Positions 36,678 through 48,074 of a stretch of DNA of 64,000 bases are shown in pieces; positions within the stretch are counted from its first letter, which is position 1; each line of letters starts with the position of its first letter. Position numbers and translations under genes: made by a program. Where the stretch lies: NCBI GenBank assembly GCA_951406725.2, contig OX597832.1, positions 54,374,001 through 54,438,000 of the forward strand. The letters run 5' to 3'. The DNA comes from Octopus vulgaris (taxonomy: Eukaryota). The notes below the pieces were generated by a model that was not told where the DNA came from, did no database searches, and saw nothing but the letters and a program-made list of their open reading frames with translations.

Positions 36678-39639
36678 ATGATAATAGTTAAATAAGCAAA
36701 TAGAGTTAAACAATATTATTTAAAAAAATAAATAAAATAATAATATTTCTTATAGAAAAGAACTCCATTAACTAAATTAGAAACTTAAAATATTAGGATT
36801 ATTTCCTTCAACACATTTATTATGTTAAATATTTAATTTTTAAGGTAAAAAAATAGATAGAAATATTTATTTATCTTTGAAGATATAACTTGGTTTTAAA
36901 AAAACATAATAAACTATCGAATATCTTTAACTCAGTTATACTCCAATATTTAATTACCAAATTATTTAACAAAATAACCACTATTAATATTTTTTAGATT
37001 TAAGTTCACATCTAATAATTATAAAATGATAAATACATAAAAATAAGTATCTAAATTATAATCAACAAATATAGTAATTAAAAATCTAAAATTTTCTCTA
37101 TCAATAAATATATAAACATATATCCAAAAATAAATAAATTAGTCTATTATTACTTACATAAATATTATAAATATCTATAGAATATATTTATGAAATACAG
37201 TTTAAAAATACAATTTAAAAATAAAAAATCAAAATAAAAAAACGTATAACCTATATTAAAAAAATTGTATTACTATACCACAGTATCTAAAAATATACCA
37301 CAGTGACTAACTAATATCTTAAAAATTTAGGTACAGTTATAATAATTATATACTAATAATAATTAAATAAATATACATGTCTAAATTATCATTAACAACT
37401 CAAATAATTATAAATTCAAATTTAACAATCAATAGTTATATAGAATACAATAACATTTCTTAGACAAAAAAGTTTACTTAACTCTCGAAAAGCGTGTCAT
37501 TAACTAAAATTTCAAAACGGAAAACGTCTTTTTAAGCGTTTATAAGAAAACTCATGGAATTATGTTATTAACAGAAATAGAACAAACAGTTGGAAATATT
37601 CCTTTAACAATGAAAACTACGAATATATTTTATCAATGAAAACTACAAATATATTTTAGCTTTGATAGATAAAGAGAACTAAGTCACTAATAGAGAATAT
37701 AATCACTATCCACTATAATATCTTTCACTATAAACCTAAAATTTATAATTAACTATGATAAATTATACTCAAAACTCTATAAATTAAAATAATTTATATA
37801 ACTACCATTTACTGTATCATCATCATCGTTTAACGTCCGTTCTTCATGCTAGCATGGGTTGGACGGTTCGACCAGGGATCTGGGAAGCCAGAAGGCTGCA
37901 CCAGGCTCCAGTCTTATCTGGCAATGTTTCTACAGCTGGATGTCCTTCCTAACGCCAACCACTCCGTGAGTGTAGTGGGTGCTTTTTACGTGCCACCCGC
38001 ACAGGTGCCAGGCGAGGCTGGCAACGGCCACGGTTGGATTGGTGTATTTTACGTGCCACTGGCACGGAAGCCAGTCGAGGCGGCGCTGGCATCGGCCACG
38101 AGTCGGATAGTGCTTTTTACGTACCACCAGACCAGGGATCCTGGCTGGTTCAATTCGATTTCGATTTCGCTTGCCCCAACATGTCTTCGCAAGCAAAGGG
38201 GTTGGCATGGGTGCCTGTCGTCGGATGAGGTTCTATATCGACTTCGCTTGCCTCAACAGGTCTTTGTGTCCAAGGGAGGAAAGGCATGCATAAGTGGGCT
38301 GGGCTCACTTGTCCTGCCTGGTCTTCTCACGTACAGCATATTTCCAAATTCTCTAATAATCTTATACAAATCAATTTATTTCATATATATAAAAAAATAT
38401 GGTTACGTAGGAGTCAAATCTTTATTTAAATAAAATATCTTTTAGACAGATTCAATATTAACTCAGTAGTAAATCAATCATTATCTATATTAGGACCACT
38501 AATTAATAAACTTAATTCATTAATAAATAATATTAATTAAATAAACATCTAAATAAATCTACTTCGAAGTATATAATATAGATACATTTTGATTAATATA
38601 AAAAAAATTTATTACAAACTATAAACTTTACTGTCATTTGCAAACCCTGCCTCGAATGGCTTCTGTGCCGGTGGCACATAAAAAGCACCATCCGAACGTG
38701 ACCGATGCCAACCCCGCCTCGAATGGCTCTGTGCCGGTGGCACATAAAAAGCACCAACCGATCGTGGCCGACGCCAGACCCCTCTGGCACCTGTGCAGGT
38801 GGCACGTAAAAAGCACCCACTACACTCGCGGAGTGGTTGGCATTAGGAAGGGCATCCAGCTGTAGAAACACTGCCAGATCAGACTGGAGCCTGGAGCAGC
38901 CCCTGGCTCCCCAGAACCCGGTTGAACCGTCCAACCCGTGCTAGCGCGGAAAATGGATGTTAAACGATGATGATGATGATGATTACATATCATATTAATA
39001 CTCAAAACCAATGCTAAAATAATAATAAACTTATTATATAGGTAAAGTAATTTATATTTAGATCAAATACTTTGCTCTTTAATTGAATAAATAAAGTACA
39101 TATTATTTATAAATAAATAGTACATAAAGAAAAAATTATTTTACTACACATTCAAAATTATTTATTCAACGTTATTAAAACTCTTACCAAAAAAGATATA
39201 TATACTTAATACTATTAATTTTAGTAGACATATAATAATCATAATAACAATATCGACCAAAAAAAAAAAATGAAATAACTATCTTTTAATCTATATTCAT
39301 TAAATAAATTATATATTTAGTAATAAAATAAACATCTAAATATAATCTAACTATAAGTATTTAAAGAACCTTTACTAACTCTTATTGACATATACTCAAA
39401 CCACCTACAGAAGTGCAATCACAATACTATCATTAATTAATTAATTAATTAAATTATATATTTATTTATTTAATAATAAATATTAAATTAGACTTATTAA
39501 ATTATGTAATATACAATATAAAATCACATGCTAAATTTTAGAATTAATACTACTACTAAATATAACTACAAATTAGAAACAAAAATAGGGTTTAAATATA
39601 GTCACTATTTATCTAAAAATTTATTATATAAGTAAAGTA

Positions 39640-39910
39640 ATTTATGTCTACATTTAATTTTATGCTCGTCCAAAGTATTAACTAATTTATTAATGATCGT
39701 TAAATAATATTTCTTTACATTCACTAGAACATAAAAAACAAGAATTACTACCTATACTATATGATTTTGCCTTACAAATTATCTCCCACTTTAAATTATA
39801 CTTAATTTGTTGGGATTTTAGTTTCCATATGTATTTGCTAAGCCCTGTAGAGTTCATAAGATTTCTATTGTTAAAGGAATGCATATGCTGAGCTACTCTT
39901 AATTTAATTT
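39640..39910 (-). pseudogene. Penelope-like GIY-YIG endonuclease C-terminal remnant
   Basis: KIKLRVAQHMHSFNNRNLMNSTGLSKYIWKLK...LKWEII..Y....CFLC..E..EIL, then KCRHK after a frameshift. Confidence 0.75.
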
Positions 39911-40342
39911 TATTAATAGAGAAAATTTTAGATTTTTAATCACTATATTTGTTGATTATAATTTAGATACTTATTCTTATGCATTTATTATTTTATAATT
40001 ATTAGATGTGAACTTAAATCTAAAAATATTAATAGTGATTATTTTGTTAAATAATTTGGTAATTAAATATTGGAGTATAACTGAGTTAAAGATATTCGAT
40101 AGTTTATTATGTTTTTTTAAATCCAAATTATATCTTCAAAGATAAATAAATATTTCTATCTATTTTTTTACCGTAAAAATTAAATATTTAACATAATAAA
40201 TGTGTTGTAGGAAATAATTCTAATGTTTTAAGTTTCTAATTTAGTTAATGGAGTTTTTTTCTACAAGAAAAATTATTATTTTATTTATTTTTTTAAATAA
40301 TATTGTTTAACTCTATTTGCTTATTTATTTAACTATTATCAT

Positions 40343-40444
40343 TAACCTGAAGATTGACTATAATTTTAAATCAAATTTATTTTCAATTGAATTTAAACTT
40401 AATTGTAATTTGAATTTAATTCTAGCCATGAAACGTACATAGTT
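40343..40444 (+). ncRNA. Hammerhead motif with long AT-rich stem II (pLTR arm 2)
   Basis: UAAC CUGAAGA UUGACUA...UAGCCAU GAA ACGUACAU A GUU. Confidence 0.6.
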
Positions 40445-40505
40445 TTTTTACTTATTATATATTGATCATTCATTTTTATACTTTTTGAGATCTAGTTATA
40501 AGTTA

Positions 40506-40870
40506 TCTCTCTATATATAAACGGCAAAATGTCTGCGTGTGTGTCCTTTATACAAATCCACAATTTTTCAGTTAGAGAGCACACACTTTCTATGGTCATT
40601 CAAAACCGTCCAAGAGTGGTTGTGCACATCTTTATATTTCCCCAGTCACACTGCAAAGCCATTAAAAAATCAATAGAAGTGACTTTTTTGTGAATTTTCT
40701 ATCCAAAACCCAATCAAAATGCCCGAAACTTGATATACCAATTGAATGCCAGCTAGCTGTATGTGATTAGTCGAAACATTTGGACAGTACTCATGTGTAT
40801 GTGCACATGCACGCAGCTGTATATGCATGCACTAGCACTATGACCCGGCATTTCCGGGTCAGAGTGCTAG
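40506..40870 (+). mobile_element. Non-autonomous Helitron (365 bp)
   Basis: 5' TC(tctctatatataa); 3' hairpin gacccgg-cattt-ccgggtc then CTAG; inserted between A and T with no TSD; empty site visible in the other pLTR arm. Confidence 0.9.
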
Positions 40871-41043
40871 TATGTTTTATAAAAATATATATTATTTGTT
40901 ATTTATGTTTTGGTTTATGTCTGTCACTGTTTGAGTTGCATAATAGTGGTTTTATCTCTAATTTATATTTTATATATTTACACTGTGAAATTTGATTTAA
41001 TATTAAATTGAATTTTTCCCTGTAAGTTTGGAGTTATACTCCC

Positions 41044-41104
<61 letters not shown>

Positions 41105-41241
41105 GGAGATGTACTCGCATAGCAAGTAATTTGATCTGAGATTGTGTGATGAAGCGAAAACAATTGCAGCGTGGAAGGTGTTTATAAGCCATTTAAGAAA
41201 CACACAAAAGCCGTTCGATTCACTCCAACATTTAAGCTTAA

Positions 41242-41291
41242 TTTGTCAAAATATTTTCGTCACTAAAATCCGCGACCTGTTCACTGACAAA
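41242..41291 (-). ncRNA. Minimal type-I hammerhead with G3:C8 core variant
   Basis: UUUGUCA GUGAACA G GUCGC ggauuuua GUGAC GAA AAUAUU U UGACAAA. Confidence 0.7.
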
Positions 41292-41531
41292 AATCCGTGT
41301 GTGTGTATATATACATGTGTGTGTATATATATATGTCTTCTACTGTAGCCCTGAGCTGATTAATTCTTTGCAAGTGAATCTGGGAGATGGAAGCTGTAAA
41401 GTCTGTTGTTGTCCAAGGTACCACACATGGTTGCAAAGTGAGCTACTTGATCACACAACCACGCCTTTCAAGAACTTCAGTTCTTCAACTTACATATAAC
41501 AAGAAACAAAGGATGGAATAAAAAAACTTAC

Positions 41532-41763
41532 AGAGTTTGCTTAAAGTGGCTATCATCACCACAATGACAACGATGAATGGTTGCGCAACAGCATGGAAGT
41601 TGAAATTGGCAACGCTGAGATTATCGTCATCAGGTCCTGTACAGTTAGTAATTTTAAGACCAGATTCTCCTCGGCTACACGTACATGTGGTACGTGTGGG
41701 AAATATAGCTAAAATTAACAACACTAACAGCACATCCATTCTGTTTTTGGTAAATGCAAGCAT
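41532..41763 (-). CDS. Na+/H+ exchanger (SLC9A/NHE family), coding exon 1 (ATG; hydrophobic N-terminus, extracellular loop, next TM)
   Basis: MLAFTKNRMDVLLVLLILAIFPTRTTCTCSRGESGLKITNCTGPDDDNLSVANFNFHAVAQPFIVVIVVMIATLSKL. Acceptor ttttctcattccag ends at 41767 (exon starts 41766, 3 nt before the ATG); donor gtaag at 41531, phase 1. Confidence 0.85.
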
Positions 41764-42125
41764 CTTCTGGAATGAGAAAAGTAAATTATTTAAAGGATAT
41801 TTTCATTTGGTTCTTATAATCACAAACACCCTGCCCCCAGGAGAAACCAAGAATCTATGACAGTTAATAATTTATTTTTTAAGCCAAACTTTTTTGTTAA
41901 AATTGACAAGAATTCCTGACTCTATAACTTAAACAGAAGGAAGGGTCAGTCACCCAAACTGTCATTACGCATAAGGCCTGAAAGTTTAGGGAAAGAGGCT
42001 TGTCGATTATATCAACCCCAGTGTTTAACTAGTACTTCTTTCATCAACCCTAAAATGATGAAAGGCAAAGTTGACCTCAGCAGAATTTGAACTTGGAACG
42101 ATAATGATTCTGCCAGCTCACTGCC

Positions 42126-42126
<1 letters not shown>

Positions 42127-42174
<48 letters not shown>

Positions 42175-42332
42175 TAATAATAATAACAATAATAATAATG
42201 ATGATGATAATAAAAATAAAAACAATAATAATAATAATAATAATAATAATGATAATAATAATAATAACAATAATAATAATGATGATGATAATAATAATAA
42301 TAACAATAATAAAAATAATAATAATAATAATG

Positions 42333-42388
<56 letters not shown>
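42127..42388. repeat. (AAT)n microsatellite
   Basis: Direct inspection; one of many (AAT)n tracts. Confidence 0.95.
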
Positions 42389-42390
<2 letters not shown>

Positions 42391-42914
42391 CATCAGGCTT
42401 TTCTTTTTGTGGATTTACAAAACCGTAAAACTTTCAATGAAAATCTGACTTTTATTTGCTTCCTCCCTGAATATTCAAATATAAATGTAAACATATACTT
42501 TTTTATTGCAAAAACACACCTGTTCTCCTAACTGGACATACAAACATATCTAGAAAAGTCAACTTCAACCTCCACAATATTACCTTACACGAAATATACA
42601 AACAGTTTTTATTGCAATAACACAAAGGCACATGGGGAAAAAAAAAAAAAAATAATAATGATGTTAAGATTCTTTCTGGCTGAACACAACTTCTCTATTC
42701 ACAAGCAATACAGAACAGCCCTTCCTTAATTTTTCTTAAGGCTAGTAGTAGCAGACATTTGAACTTCTTTTGACCCCCCCCCCCAAAAAAAATAAACATC
42801 ACTGATGATGGTGATGATGGTGATGATGATAATAATGATAGTAATAGTGCTGATAATCTATCTATCTATCTACACACACACACACTCACAGAGTTCAGCC
42901 AACACAAATCTCAC

Positions 42915-43030
42915 CTCAGCTCTTTAGATGTTAACCAAATATGAAAGTATTATTTGACAGGCAAGAATTCTGGCATTGAAGACAGCCAGCCAGCCAACCA
43001 CCCAGCCAGCCAACGAGACAGACAGACACT
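42915..43030 (-). other. Candidate non-coding 5'UTR exon of the NHE gene
   Basis: Coding exon 1 has an acceptor 3 nt upstream of the ATG, so an upstream exon is required. A strong donor GAG|GTGAGA lies at 42915/42914 in non-repeat sequence. The 5' boundary is a guess. Confidence 0.3.
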
Positions 43031-43189
43031 ACTGTGATGGTGATAATGATAAAAAAAAACAAAAATAACAATAATAAGATACTGCTGTGACTACACATAA
43101 AACAATATCATTGATGATGATGATGATGATGGTGATGGTGGCGATAATGATAATAGTGATAATAATGGTGATGATAATAACAATAATAA

Positions 43190-44860
43190 GCCGTACGATT
43201 ATAATTGTAACGGCAATAATGGCTGTCTCCCCACGAGCCAATCAAAGCTCAAAAATGATAATATTATCGTAGCACCATAATGTTTTTGGAAACTAAAAGG
43301 AAAACTAAATCAGTATACCAAATCGCTTGTCCTATGGTTAATCTGGAAGCGCGTCCCCCAGGGAAGAGCCAGCCTGGGATCGAAAAGTCATCAACTGGCA
43401 CAAACTCTTCTCCGAATACGGACATGGATGGTCACTTGACCGGGAAATTCCCCAACTCGAGCCCTCCAAGTTCACCACCACAACCACCACAGAAAGAAAA
43501 ATGTAAGCGGAACAAATGGACCCGAGAAGAGTATAAAGAAGTAATATACGCTTATTACTATGCATTAGGTAGGCCTTCTCAAGAGAGACACACCGCAAAC
43601 TCTTACAGTATATGGAAACACGGAATCAAGACAGTAGGCCCTACTTGGATAAGAACAAATTGGCAAATGTGATGAGGGATATCCTTAGAAATAACAGACT
43701 CACAGACAGTGAAATAAGCGCGATCAAGCATGCAACGGAAAATGACATAAATATAAGACACAAAGGAAATGAAGAATCAGATGAACAGTATAGCCCGCCA
43801 CGAGGCTTAATTGAAAGACTGCCATCTGACCAAAGTACGCAAAGGCCTGAAGATACAAGAAATTCTATTGAACCTGTTAAAGATAGCCAGGAAAATGATA
43901 AAACAACAGTAACTGAAGATCTCGCATTTGCTGAAGAACACAGAGAGTATGTGGCCCGTAGCAAACAAGCTGATGTTGACCAGAAGCAAACCCATCAGTG
44001 GCTACGGAGCTCAGGGCTAAAAGCAGAGAGCGAAGGTTTCATCCTGGCTGCTCAAGATCAAAGCCTATTAACCCAGAACTACCAGGCCAATGTAATGAAA
44101 AATGGAGCAGACCCAAAATGCCGATTCTGCAATGACATGATTGAAACAGTGGACCACCTAATCTCTGGATGTAAAGTCTGAGCACCAGTGGAGTATAAAT
44201 TAAGACACGACAGAGTTGGCCAATATCTACACTGGCTAATAAGTCGGCATTACAATATCAAAACTGCCGACAAGTGGTATAATCACCACCCTGAAGCTGT
44301 AACTGAAGGAGAAAATGTAACGATTCTGTGGGACTTTCCAGTTCATACAGACCGAACCATCAAGGCCAATAAACCAGATATTGTTGTGAAAGACCAAAAC
44401 AATAAAGTTTGCTTATTGATCGACATGAGCATCCCCTGTGATCTTAATATCTCGGGGAAAGAATTTGACAAGCTCAGAAAATATAAAGACCTGCTCACTG
44501 AAATTGAGAAAATGTGGCATCTCAAGGCGGTTACAATACCAGTGATCATAGGAGCACTAGGAATGATCAAGAAGGGAACCGAAAATTATATGAGAATGAT
44601 CCCTGGCTTACCATCCCTGCAAGAAGTGTAAAAGATTGTCTTAACTGGTACATCACACGTATTGAGAAGAGCATTGTCGCTGTGAGAGCTGTTACTACCC
44701 ATGTATTTTAATTTAACCTTAAAAAAAAAAAAAAAATGAACGAACTATTGAGTTTGGTTTAATGGCCTACCAATGTATACTATGAGTTTCTTTGCCCTAG
44801 GAGTCGGGAAGACGCTCGGCAAGAAATGGAAGCAAATTTGAAAGAAGAAGAAAAAACAAA
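43190..44860 (+). mobile_element. R4/Dong-clade (RLE) non-LTR retrotransposon, internally deleted (no RT), in (AAT)n
   Basis: N-terminal KWTREE..YY..W..region joined to AAQDQ, the CRFC..ETVDHLISGC zinc knuckle, RHD, LWDF, KPDIVV..ID and KY.DL; in-frame stops and a frameshift. Confidence 0.88.
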
Positions 44861-44888
44861 AAATAATAATAATAATAATAATAATAAT

Positions 44889-45610
44889 AGACAAATACAT
44901 AACAAAAACACCAGGACTTACAAACACATATAACATACAGAAAATTGCACTACTAGGCACTGCACACATCCTATGCAGAACACTTTCCATACAATAACCA
45001 TCAGAGCATCACAACAAATCACAGCACATACCCAAGGCGCACAGAGCTGCGCTCGGTAGTGAAGTGAAAGCACGATATAAAAAATATACTACTGAATAAT
45101 AATAATAATAGCTGAAGAAGATTGAAATAGAATGCTCGGTAGAGCTCCTACAGAAGGTTTGTCTTGTAGCAACAACAAGGATTATCAGGAGGGTTCTAAG
45201 CACTTGAAAGACTGCTGAAAACTTGTGGATACTTAAGGTTACCAGTAGTAACCAGCTAGCCACATAATTCCTACCTAGAATAAGACTGAACCTAGGCCAA
45301 ACCAAAATAATAATAATAATAATGAATATAAGAGATACCATGACCATATAGCCAGGCTTGTCCATTGGACACTTTGCAACAAGTATGGACTTGAAAGAGC
45401 AAAAATTTGGTACGATCACAAAGCCGAAGGCATCATCGAAAATAAAAATGCAAAGATCCTCTGGGATTTTATGAATCAGTGCGACTATGAGATAGAGAAT
45501 AGGAAGCTGGACTTAGTCTTAATTGATAAAGAAAACAAACTATGCTGGATCATAGATATAGCATGCCCAGCTGACAACAAGGTATGCAATAATGAAGAAA
45601 TAAAAGTCCC
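44889..45610 (+). mobile_element. Three further R4/Dong-family fragments separated by (AAT)n
   Basis: IQKIALLGTAHILCRTL* (44889-45095); LQKVCLVATTRIIRRVL* (45111-45305); YHD..VHW..LWDF..DLVLIDK..IDIACP (45325-45610). Confidence 0.8.
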
Positions 45611-45696
45611 ACCTGGAGCAGACCACCCCTCTGTGCAGACCACCCCTCTAGCTATGTTAGTGATTTGAATCAATACTTACATTAATATAAATATAT

Positions 45697-45927
45697 ATTT
45701 CTTTACTACCCACCAGGGGCTAAACACAGAGGGGATAAACAAGGACAGACAAACGGATTAAGTCGATTACGTTGACCCCAGCACGTAACTGGTACTTAAT
45801 TTATCGACCCCGAAAGGATGAAAGGCAAAGTCGACCTCGGCGGAATTTGAACTCACAACGTAACGACAGACGAAATACGGCTACGCATTTCGCCCGGCGT
45901 GCTAACGTTTCTGCCAGCTCGCCACCT
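45697..45927 (-). mobile_element. SINE B, full length
   Basis: Consensus sequence; ttaatataaatat flanks both sides (TSD-like). Confidence 0.9.
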
Positions 45928-45994
45928 TATTAATATAAATATATGTGTATATAAATATAATATAAATATATGTGTATATCTAGGCATACACGTA

Positions 45995-46033
<39 letters not shown>

Positions 46034-46247
46034 GGGTGTGAATACTTTGATTTTAGCTCACTGACCCAGGGACCGCCTTGTCGCAAAGCTGTAGAAACTG
46101 TACCAAAATAAAACATTGTAATAAGACGTGGTCCCTGAATCTGTCTTGGAGGGCAGTGAGTCAAAATATGAACTGAGTTGGACTGTGACAACCTGCCCAA
46201 ACAATTCCAGCGGGAAAAACAGAAGTAAAATGATGATGCTGATGACA

Positions 46248-46311
<64 letters not shown>

Positions 46312-46418
46312 TGTGTGTGTAATATAATATATATTTCTTTACTACCCACAAGGGGCTAAACACAGAGAGGACAAACAAGGACAGACAAACGGATTAAGTC
46401 GATTACATAATAATAATT

Positions 46419-46453
<35 letters not shown>

Positions 46454-46508
46454 CCTTTCTACTAAAGGCTCAAGGCCTGGAATTTGCAGGGAGGGGTTAA
46501 GTTTATTA

Positions 46509-46540
<32 letters not shown>

Positions 46541-47130
46541 TTTATTATTGTTATTATTATTATTATCATCATCATTATTATTATTGTTATTATTATTAAT
46601 CAGTATCATCATTATTATTATTGTTATTATTATTAATTTATCGACCCCGAAAGGATGAAAGGCAAAGTCGACCTCGGCGGAATTTGAACTCGGAACGTAA
46701 CGACAGACGAAATACGGCTACGCATTTCGCCCGGCATGCTAACGTTTCTGTCAGCTCGTGTATAATATAATATAATTTGGCAATATGCTGTGCTTGAGAA
46801 GACGACCCATCAAACCAAGTGAAGTCATAGTCGTGACAGATACTGGTGTCATACAACTGGCACCCGTGCATTAGGAGTGGTTGGCATTAGGAGGGCCATC
46901 CAGCCGTAGAAACTATGCCAGATCAGACTGGAGTCTGGTGCAGCCCCTCAAACCGTCCAACTCACGCCAGCATGGACAACGGATATTAAATGATGATGAT
47001 GATGATGATGATACAAAGTTATATATAATCAATACTTTCATAAGTGATATATTTATATTTAAATTAAATACCTTGGATGTTGCCTACGTTTTTGAATCCT
47101 TTCTTTATGTCCCTCTGAAAAAAATATGGA

Positions 47131-47225
<95 letters not shown>

Positions 47226-47227
<2 letters not shown>

Positions 47228-47607
47228 GAAGCACTCCGTCGGTTACGACGACGAGGGTTCCGGTTGATCCGATCAACGGAACAGCCTGCTCGTGAAATTA
47301 ACGTGTAAGTGGCTGAGCACTCCACAGACACGTGTACCTTTAACGTAGTTCTCGGGGATATTCAACGTGACACAGAGAGTGACAAGGCTGGCCCTTTGAA
47401 ATACAGGTACAACAGAAACAGGAAGTAAGAGTGAGAGAAAGTTGTGGTGAAAGAGTACAGCAGGGATCACCACCATCCCTGCCAGAGCCTCGTGGAGCTT
47501 TAGGTGTTTTTGCTCAATAAACACTCACAACGCCCGGTCTGGGAATCGAAACCGCGATCCTACGACTGCGAGTCCGCTGCCCTAACCACTGGGCCATTGC
47601 ACCTCCA
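47226..47607 (-). mobile_element. SINE C, full length (tail type 2), inside (AAT)n
   Basis: Family C head and body plus the tail ...gaaccctcgtcgtcgtaaccgacggagtgc. Confidence 0.88.
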
Positions 47608-47608
47608 C

Positions 47609-47671
<63 letters not shown>

Positions 47672-47674
<3 letters not shown>

Positions 47675-47960
47675 GATCTTGAAATAGAAATCAGCAAAAT
47701 GTGGAAGCTGAAGACTAAAACAATACCTGTTGTCATAGGTGCCCTGGGAATGATAGCGAAAGGGACTGATTGCTACCTAACTCAGATACCAGGAAACCCC
47801 AAAAATGGCAGAAATTCAAAAGATAGTGCTCACGGGAACTGCCCATATCTTAAGCAAAATACTTTCTTTGTAATCTCAAATTATGAAACAAACACATAAT
47901 TTTCTTATGGTTTCTCTATAAAAATACTATGTACAAAACCAAATATTTGACACCCTAGGA
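47672..47960 (+). mobile_element. R4/Dong 3' fragment following (AAT)n
   Basis: KDLEIEISKMWKLKTKTIPVVIGALG...IQKIVLTGTAHIL. Confidence 0.8.
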
Positions 47961-48040
47961 TGATGATGATGTTGATGATAGTGATGACAATGGCGACATC
48001 AACAATGAGGATGTCGGTGTATTTTATTTATTGATGCATA

Positions 48041-48074
<34 letters not shown>

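Larger units (their letters stand above)
36411..41050 (-). mobile_element. 5'-truncated Penelope-like retroelement with inverted pLTR; nested family D insertions (37815-38345, 38640-38982) and a Helitron
   Basis: GIY-YIG C-terminal remnant at 39640-39910; ~700-bp inverted repeat 36411-37105 / 39910-40975; HHR in both arms. Confidence 0.8.

Noticed and set aside
36411-40500. Mitochondrial insertion (NUMT) suggested by extreme AT content
   Set aside because: No mitochondrial genes recognised; the GIY-YIG remnant, inverted pLTR and HHRs explain it as a Penelope-like element.
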